Assembly: GCA_016219595.1 (NCBI GenBank)
Contig: JACRLY010000035.1
Location: forward strand, 1 to 63,231
Direction of reading: 5' to 3'
Length of the DNA: 63,231 nt
Origin: Ignavibacteriota bacterium
Lineage (GTDB): Bacteria; Bacteroidota; Ignavibacteria; Kapaibacteriales; UBA2268
Positions 57,289 to 63,231 of this stretch are shown piece by piece. The notes under the pieces were generated by a model. The model saw nothing but the letters and a program-made list of their open reading frames with translations. It was not told the DNA's origin and did not search any database. A program made the translations under genes and the position numbers. Position 1 is the stretch's first letter. Every line of letters begins with the position of its first letter.

Positions 57289-58713
57289 TTACCAGCTTTC
57301 TTTATTTCTAACGTATTCATCGATGGCTTTGGCTGCTTTTCTTCCGGCACCCATTGCAAGAATTACAGTTGCACCTCCGGTGACAATATCTCCACCGGCA
57401 AATACTCCTTTTTTACTGCTCTTCATAGAATTATCATCAACCAAAATATTTCCCCATTTGTTTACATTCAAATCCGGAGTAGTTTTGCTGATTATTGGAT
57501 TAGAACCATTGCCGATTGCAATTACCGCAACTTCAATCGGAATTTCTTCTATTGCACCTTCAATCGGAACAGGTCTTCTTCTTCCGGAAGCATCCGGTTC
57601 GCCCAATTCCATCTTTTGAATAGTAACACTTTTCAGCCATCCGTCATCTGTGCCTTTGAATTCAAGTGGTCCGGCAAGTAGCATAAATTCGACTCCTTCT
57701 TCTTTTGCATGCTTGACTTCTTCAATTCTTGCCGGCATTTCTGCTTCGGTTCGGCGATATATAATCATTGCTCTAGAAGCACCAAGTCTCAATGATGTTC
57801 TCACTGCATCCATAGCAGTATTGCCTCCGCCGAACACTGCAACTTGTTTGCCTTCAATATTAAACATGGGAGTGTCGCTTCTTGGAAAATCATAGGCTTT
57901 CATTAAATTAACCCGGGTAAGATATTCATTAGATGAATATACTCCGTTTAACTGTTCACCAGGTATGTTTAAGAAATAGGGTAGACCTGCACCGACTCCA
58001 ATGAAAATTGCATCGTATTCCTGAAGTAATTCATCTATTGTATCTGTTAGCCCAATCACAGAATTTGTTTTGAATTCAACACCCATTTTCTTCAATCCCT
58101 CAACTTCAGCTTTAACAATTGCTTTAGGCAGACGAAATTCGGGGATACCATAAATCAAAACACCCCCAATATCATGTAGAGCTTCGAAAACAGTTACGTC
58201 ATGCCCCATTTGATTAAGGTCTCCTGCACAGCTTAATCCGGCAGGACCGCCACCAACAATTGCTATCTTTTTACCACTTGGCGGTTTCTTTTCTGCTAAT
58301 TGGATGCCGAGGTTATTCCTTTCCCAATCCGCTGCAAATCTTTCGAGGTAACCAATAGCAACCGGGGCATTCTTTTTACCTACAGTACAAACCTTTTCAC
58401 ATTGTTCTTCCTGAGGACAAACTCTTCCGCAAACTGCCGGGAGAGCATTGTCCTTTTTGAGAATTGCTGCAGCAGCTTTAAAATCACCCTCTTCAATTTT
58501 CTTAATGAATGCGGGTATATTAATCATAACGGGACATCCGTCGATACACAAAGGTTTTTTACATTGAATACATCTTAATGCTTCTTCCTGAGCCAATTCG
58601 ACAGAATAACCTAAATTTACTTCACTAAAATTTTTATTTCTGACATCAGCATCCTGTTCAATCATGTGATGCCTTTTGATTGCCATTCTTTCCTTCGGTG
58701 TTATATCAGCCAT
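57289..58713 (-). CDS. nfnB: NADPH-dependent glutamate-synthase-small-subunit-like oxidoreductase (NfnB/SudA type)
   Basis: Two Cys clusters (CIQCKKPLCIDGCPV; CGRVCPQEEQCEKVC) and two dinucleotide folds (IVGGGPAGLSCAG; VFGGGNTAMDA). ATG 58713 is preceded by GGAG. Confidence 0.75.
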   Translation of the reverse strand: MADITPKERMAIKRHHMIEQDADVRNKNFSEVNLGYSVELAQEEALRCIQCKKPLCIDGCPVMINIPAFIKKIEEGDFKAAAAILKKDNALPAVCGRVCPQEEQCEKVCTVGKKNAPVAIGYLERFAADWERNNLGIQLAEKKPPSGKKIAIVGGGPAGLSCAGDLNQMGHDVTVFEALHDIGGVLIYGIPEFRLPKAIVKAEVEGLKKMGVEFKTNSVIGLTDTIDELLQEYDAIFIGVGAGLPYFLNIPGEQLNGVYSSNEYLTRVNLMKAYDFPRSDTPMFNIEGKQVAVFGGGNTAMDAVRTSLRLGASRAMIIYRRTEAEMPARIEEVKHAKEEGVEFMLLAGPLEFKGTDDGWLKSVTIQKMELGEPDASGRRRPVPIEGAIEEIPIEVAVIAIGNGSNPIISKTTPDLNVNKWGNILVDDNSMKSSKKGVFAGGDIVTGGATVILAMGAGRKAAKAIDEYVRNKESW

Positions 58714-58793
58714 TTTAATCTCCAAACTTTAATTTTTCTATTTCTTTTTTTTAGGGCTTTGAAAATATCTATCACTATAATTTATTTCAATAT

Positions 58794-59654
58794 TTATAAT
58801 ACTGCTACTTCTTCTTCTTTGATTTTTTTATCTAATTTACAGTAGTGCTCATTTGAAATTTTTTCCTGTAAAAGATACATCCTATTTCTTTTTGTAAGAA
58901 TATTGAAATTCACTTTATGTGCATCGAATTCAGGACCGTCCACACATACGAAAACAGTTTTATCATCAACTATTGCCCTGCAGCCGCCACACATTCCAGT
59001 GCCATCAACCATAATCGGATTCAAACTAACAACCGTTTTTATACCATATGGTTTAGTAACTTCTGCAACTGCTGCCATCATAGGAATCGGACCGATTGCA
59101 AGCACAAAGTCAATCTTTATCCCTGCATTAATCAATTCCTGCAGTTTTTGTGTAACGAAACCGTGAAAACCATAAGAACCGTCATCGGTAGTTGGATATA
59201 CTTCATCGCAAACGGCTCTCATTTCATCTTCAAGAAGAACAAGTTCTTTAGTTCTTCCACCTATGATGCTGATAACATGATTTCCTGCTTCTTTAAGTGC
59301 TTTAGCAGTGGGAAATGCTATTGCAGTGCCAACACCTCCGCCTATACTTACAGCAGTACCGTAATTTTCAATATCGGACGCTTTGCCTAATGGACCTACC
59401 AAATCTTGAATGTATTCTCCGGTTTCCAGGTTATTTAATTGTCTTGTTGTTTTTCCTACACCTTGTACAATTATTGTGATAGTGCCATCCTTTTTATTGG
59501 AATCTGCAATAGTTAATGGAATTCTTTCACCATCCGGATGAACCCTTAGAATAATGAATTGTCCTGCTTTTCTTTTTTCTGCAATTTTCGGGGCTTCAAT
59601 TCTGAATAATTTAATGTCAGGTGCTAAAAATCTTGCTTCTACTATTCTGTTCAT
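58794..59654 (-). CDS. nfnA: Ferredoxin-NADP reductase-like FAD/NAD(P)-binding subunit with C-terminal [2Fe-2S] site (NfnA/SudB type)
   Basis: ...GQFIILRV...ERIPLTIA..., ...GGGVGTA..., ...DGTGMCGGCR...VCVDGPEF. Confidence 0.75.
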   Translation of the reverse strand: MNRIVEARFLAPDIKLFRIEAPKIAEKRKAGQFIILRVHPDGERIPLTIADSNKKDGTITIIVQGVGKTTRQLNNLETGEYIQDLVGPLGKASDIENYGTAVSIGGGVGTAIAFPTAKALKEAGNHVISIIGGRTKELVLLEDEMRAVCDEVYPTTDDGSYGFHGFVTQKLQELINAGIKIDFVLAIGPIPMMAAVAEVTKPYGIKTVVSLNPIMVDGTGMCGGCRAIVDDKTVFVCVDGPEFDAHKVNFNILTKRNRMYLLQEKISNEHYCKLDKKIKEEEVAVL

Positions 59655-59796
59655 AATTTAACCATTTATTTTAATTCTGTAACAATCTTGTTTTTGAAAA
59701 ATTTACGGTTTCAAAAATACCACTTTATTATGAAAAAGGAAAATTGTTGCTGAATGCAAAATAAATTAGACAATAAGTTAAACGATATAATACCTT

Positions 59797-62700
59797 TTAT
59801 CTTCCCCCGGCGATTGAAATCCTAACGTCTAATCCTACCTGAGTAGTGGAGTATCCCGGTTGAGCAGCTCCTTCGGTAAAAGTTCCGTCATAACGAACAA
59901 AGAATGATGCTGTAACACGCTTACTCATGGAATACCTTACACGCGGTTCGATTGATAATTGAGTATTACCCTGTATGGTTCTTCCATTTTCACCCTGGTA
60001 ATTATATATATCATAGGTAGCGGTTTTATTGTTTTTGTATGATGTAAAGAAAATAAACTCAAGGTCGTTTTTCAAATTCAATCCTAAAAAAGGAAACTCA
60101 AAGCCTCTCATTGCATAGTTAGCTTGTATCTGCAATTCGGTTGTAGCTTGTTTTGATATTGTACCACGGTTAGAAGTCATCAGGTTATATGATGCTGTTG
60201 TTAAAAGTCTGAATGATGTAGTCAGAACCCCTTTAAGTTTTTCCTCATCGAAACCGACATTGATTCCAAGTAAAGGCTGGAAACCTACCTGTACCTGTTG
60301 TGTCTGTATGGTTTTTCCGTTATCAGTAATTTGAGCAACTTCTGAATATTTGGAAGTATAATTGTGCTCGATTGATACATTTTTAAGAGTCTTATTCCAG
60401 ACTTCCCATTTTTCAATTCCTTCCCATCTGAAAGACCAGTTTATAGCAGGAATAAATACTGCACCGGGTCCACCGAAAATCCTGAATAATTCAAGACCGT
60501 CCCTGAATGATTCCGAAAGAGCAATTAATAATAATTGATTCTTTTGAATAGTATCCATAGGTAGCTGGTCAATTTGTGTTTTTCGGTCACTATACAAATC
60601 AATAACATGTTCAACAGTATTATTAGAAATATTCATCCCGAATATAGGAGGCATGCTTAAATAAGTCCTGTTGATAGATTCAAGTGAAATAATGTTTGTA
60701 AATGTCGGATTACCGGACTGGTCAGTAATAACAGTTTGATTTTTATTGAAACCAAATTCAGTTAGCCAATTCAAATCGAGAACTGCACCTTCCCAAAGTT
60801 TCCTCGATGTTTTAACCTCGAAAGAAGTTTTCTGCTGGAAATTATCCTGCAATACAGCATTAGGAGGTCTTTTACCGGGAAAAGTTTCAAACCCGAAAAA
60901 TGGGAAACTCGATGATGGGTGAATTTTGAATCCTCCATGCGGATTAGATACCAAACCTAACTGATATGCAAGACTGGGACCCAGCATATCGTCATTTCCC
61001 CTCCATAAAGCCCAGAAATTTGTCATACCAGTTCCACCGATAATTCCAGGATTGATTGTATGCCCTGTCTGATTGAATATAAAATCAACTTTATCGAAAT
61101 CGAAAAATATTGTTTTGATAGTTCTAAAAATGTTACTGATTACGGAAGGTCCGGAAGTATCGGCATCGGGTACTTTCTTAACGAGTTTAGATGAAAAAGT
61201 TCCGAAAATATCATCTGTCAATGATTTTAATTTGAAGCCGGTATTGAAACGGATTGTATTTTTCCAACTGGCTGATTTCGCAATATCCCTAATAGTGGGG
61301 TCGGGCTGCAGGGGGTTCATCCAGTTATATGTTGTTATGAAAGAACCGGACATATCAATATATTTATAAGCTTCTCCGATTGGGAGACGCGGTTTCAGAT
61401 TTAAAGTTACAGTTTGGGTATGATTATTTATATCACCGAGATTTATTAAATTTCCATTTCGCAATAAAATTAAAGATGCTATCTGGCTGCCGGTTCTTTG
61501 CTGACCGGTTTCATCTAATTCAAAAGGCACAAGAGTGCTGATTGTAGATACATTATAATCGAGTGCGGGGCTAAGCAAACTGTTTTCTGTAAATTTCCAG
61601 GTGAATTGTGCAGCCCTTTGTGCTGAAAATTCGCGAAATACCGGACTCGGTGTTTCAAGAAATCTTGACTGTTCGGTAATTCTTCTTCTTGTCAAATTCA
61701 GTGATGCAGAAAAATTTGAAGGTACAAAATTTATTTTCATATCTTTATATGTATTCAAAACCGGTGTATCTTCATTGCTTTTGAATGGTTCTAAAGTCAA
61801 TAGTTTAGTAAATTGAATAGTATATTGTCCCGTGAAAATCCATTGCCAGCTGAATCGTTCAGCTACCACCGGAGACCTTTCCCATTCCTGCGAATATGAA
61901 TATCCCAATGTTAATTTATTAAAAGTATCATCTATCAGCCAGTGATTTATTGGTATTCCGAGTCTCACTCCTGTCAATGCCCAGCTATCGAGCACACGAA
62001 CAGTCTGGGACCTGGCTATAGTAGCCCTTCTTGTAGCATCTGCAATTACTTCAGCCTGTTCCACTGATAAACCCTGGTTTATTGCTCCAGTTCTCGCTCT
62101 ATCAGCTGCAGCATTTGCAGCATCGGTAAGTTTAACGTCATTATTCGATACAAATTCCGGGTCCTGAACATACTCAGAATGATTGAATGAAATTGGTATT
62201 TTCATATTCTTAAACGATTCAGGTGCAAATTTCTCAAGATTACCCTGGGCATTAAATGACCAGTTAGTCGTTTTAATCCTGTTACCAAATCTATCTTCCA
62301 GCATATGGAAATTTGGATTTGTTTGTGAGATATTTGCATTTATATTTCCGAGGTCTGCAAGCTTCATATCAAAACTGCCGACACCTCCCCAGTCGCTTCT
62401 TCTCTCGGGACTGAGCAGACGCAGCTCATCAATCCACATGGTTGTTGACAAATCATTCGGGTATCTTTCGGATGGATTTGAAATCCCAAAGCCGAAAAAC
62501 TGTATTCTTGTTAAAGTTGGATTACCTTTGATGGCAAAAACTGCAAGCGGGTCATCCGGAACAGGAAAAAGCTGTCTGTTTGTTATTCCGAGAGAATCTC
62601 TCACTTGCTTGATTGCTGTCAATTCCGATAATATAATATTTATATCCTGCCAGCCTCTTAATAATGGTCTCCTGTATTCATAATAATTAGCTGAGTCAAT

Positions 62701-63231
62701 GCCGAATCTTAAATAGCAATATGCTTTCGGAATGGCTCCGGGGACTATATTATCCGGCATAGTTCCGTCACCGTGTACAAAGAATTTAAGGAATTTGTAA
62801 TAAAACAAATCAACCTGGCGGAAAATCCTTGTAGCCATTCTTTCTTCACCGTATCTCAGGTTTCTTACACTTATTGCGATTGATTGTTCATTTAAACGTA
62901 TGTCTTGATTAGGGTCAGGATTATTTAACTGCCTTGGAGCAGAAACACCGGGAGGCATCGTATAGAAATTTGGTGCACCACTGTTTTCTTCTATATTAAC
63001 GAAGGAAATCTGCAATACACTGTCTTCAGCGGGTACATTTTCCTGGAAGTTATTTACCCTTTGCCATTGAGCTCCAACAAGTCTCCAGTCGGCAATTTCA
63101 CCGGCAAACGAACCGCCTTTAAACCTTACTCTTATATATTGGATGTTAGCGAAAGAAGGATTTCCAACACTCGATGATGGTTTCCTGATTGGAATTCTAT
63201 ATAGGAACCAACCTTTACTTCCCCCACCGAC
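59797..63231 (-). CDS. sprA: T9SS translocon SprA (Sov), C-terminal ~1145 aa; N-terminus outside window
   Basis: The minus-strand frame is open from 63231 (3435 nt = 1145 codons): VGGGSKGWFLYRIPIRKPSSSVGNPSFANIQYIRVRFKG... continues into the listed ORF. Giant beta-barrel-like sequence ending ...VGLDVRISIAGGR. Confidence 0.8.
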   Translation of the reverse strand, partial: VGGGSKGWFLYRIPIRKPSSSVGNPSFANIQYIRVRFKGGSFAGEIADWRLVGAQWQRVNNFQENVPAEDSVLQISFVNIEENSGAPNFYTMPPGVSAPRQLNNPDPNQDIRLNEQSIAISVRNLRYGEERMATRIFRQVDLFYYKFLKFFVHGDGTMPDNIVPGAIPKAYCYLRFGIDSANYYEYRRPLLRGWQDINIILSELTAIKQVRDSLGITNRQLFPVPDDPLAVFAIKGNPTLTRIQFFGFGISNPSERYPNDLSTTMWIDELRLLSPERRSDWGGVGSFDMKLADLGNINANISQTNPNFHMLEDRFGNRIKTTNWSFNAQGNLEKFAPESFKNMKIPISFNHSEYVQDPEFVSNNDVKLTDAANAAADRARTGAINQGLSVEQAEVIADATRRATIARSQTVRVLDSWALTGVRLGIPINHWLIDDTFNKLTLGYSYSQEWERSPVVAERFSWQWIFTGQYTIQFTKLLTLEPFKSNEDTPVLNTYKDMKINFVPSNFSASLNLTRRRITEQSRFLETPSPVFREFSAQRAAQFTWKFTENSLLSPALDYNVSTISTLVPFELDETGQQRTGSQIASLILLRNGNLINLGDINNHTQTVTLNLKPRLPIGEAYKYIDMSGSFITTYNWMNPLQPDPTIRDIAKSASWKNTIRFNTGFKLKSLTDDIFGTFSSKLVKKVPDADTSGPSVISNIFRTIKTIFFDFDKVDFIFNQTGHTINPGIIGGTGMTNFWALWRGNDDMLGPSLAYQLGLVSNPHGGFKIHPSSSFPFFGFETFPGKRPPNAVLQDNFQQKTSFEVKTSRKLWEGAVLDLNWLTEFGFNKNQTVITDQSGNPTFTNIISLESINRTYLSMPPIFGMNISNNTVEHVIDLYSDRKTQIDQLPMDTIQKNQLLLIALSESFRDGLELFRIFGGPGAVFIPAINWSFRWEGIEKWEVWNKTLKNVSIEHNYTSKYSEVAQITDNGKTIQTQQVQVGFQPLLGINVGFDEEKLKGVLTTSFRLLTTASYNLMTSNRGTISKQATTELQIQANYAMRGFEFPFLGLNLKNDLEFIFFTSYKNNKTATYDIYNYQGENGRTIQGNTQLSIEPRVRYSMSKRVTASFFVRYDGTFTEGAAQPGYSTTQVGLDVRISIAGGR

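Noticed and set aside
59691-59727. Hairpin tttttgaaa...tttcaaaaa downstream of sprA as a terminator
   Set aside because: The stem is AT-only, and there is no U-run following it on the minus strand. The support is too weak.

Overview
This is a 63.2-kb, low-GC, densely coding chromosomal segment from a Gram-negative FCB-group bacterium. It looks Ignavibacteria/Bacteroidota-like: the type IX secretion (T9SS) core genes porU-porV and sprA and several T9SS C-terminal sorting domains are present, yet clear Shine-Dalgarno sites precede many genes. I call about 53 protein genes and one tRNA-Gly(GCC). I found no rRNA, CRISPR array, transposase or integrase.

Content, left to right:
- A peptide-scavenging block: M20 dipeptidase, OPT transporter, PqqD-like protein, PepD, an MFS transporter and a frameshifted aminopeptidase.
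- Envelope genes: an L,D-transpeptidase-like lipoprotein, an EamA transporter and a vWA protein.
- A decayed MNT/HepT toxin-antitoxin pair, then lpdA-lipB and the tRNA.
- porU-porV, followed by a two-subunit aconitase-X operon.
- An orphan NarL-type response regulator, a 1.08-kb non-coding stretch, and two tandem paralogous ~1000-aa T9SS cargo proteins.
- ribD, then a VTC/DUF4956/DUF2490 cluster.
- Central metabolism: aspartate aminotransferase-pckA, gpmA, mce, panD, ftcD, serA/serC and nfnAB, interrupted by small HEPN/MNT and DUF4160/DUF2442 cassettes.
- Three polytopic envelope-glycan-type membrane proteins, then a 5'-truncated sprA.

Observations most worth a second look:
1. A family of degenerate tracts with strict 7-nt periodicity starts on or within a few bases of the stop codons of at least seven unrelated genes. 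Several of them place TGA, TAG or TAA in all three frames.
2. The T9SS cargo pair carries a conserved N-terminal GC-x-CH module, Ig-like arrays and a recent intragenic duplication.
3. The aconitase-X large subunit lacks its N-terminus and sits head-to-head, 6 bp apart, with the response-regulator gene. This may be a rearrangement junction.
4. The 1.08-kb non-coding region contains palindromic-element debris.
5. Two genes are inactivated in informative ways: HepT by two in-frame TAA codons, and the aminopeptidase by an A15 run.

All functional calls come from motif recognition by eye. No database search was run.
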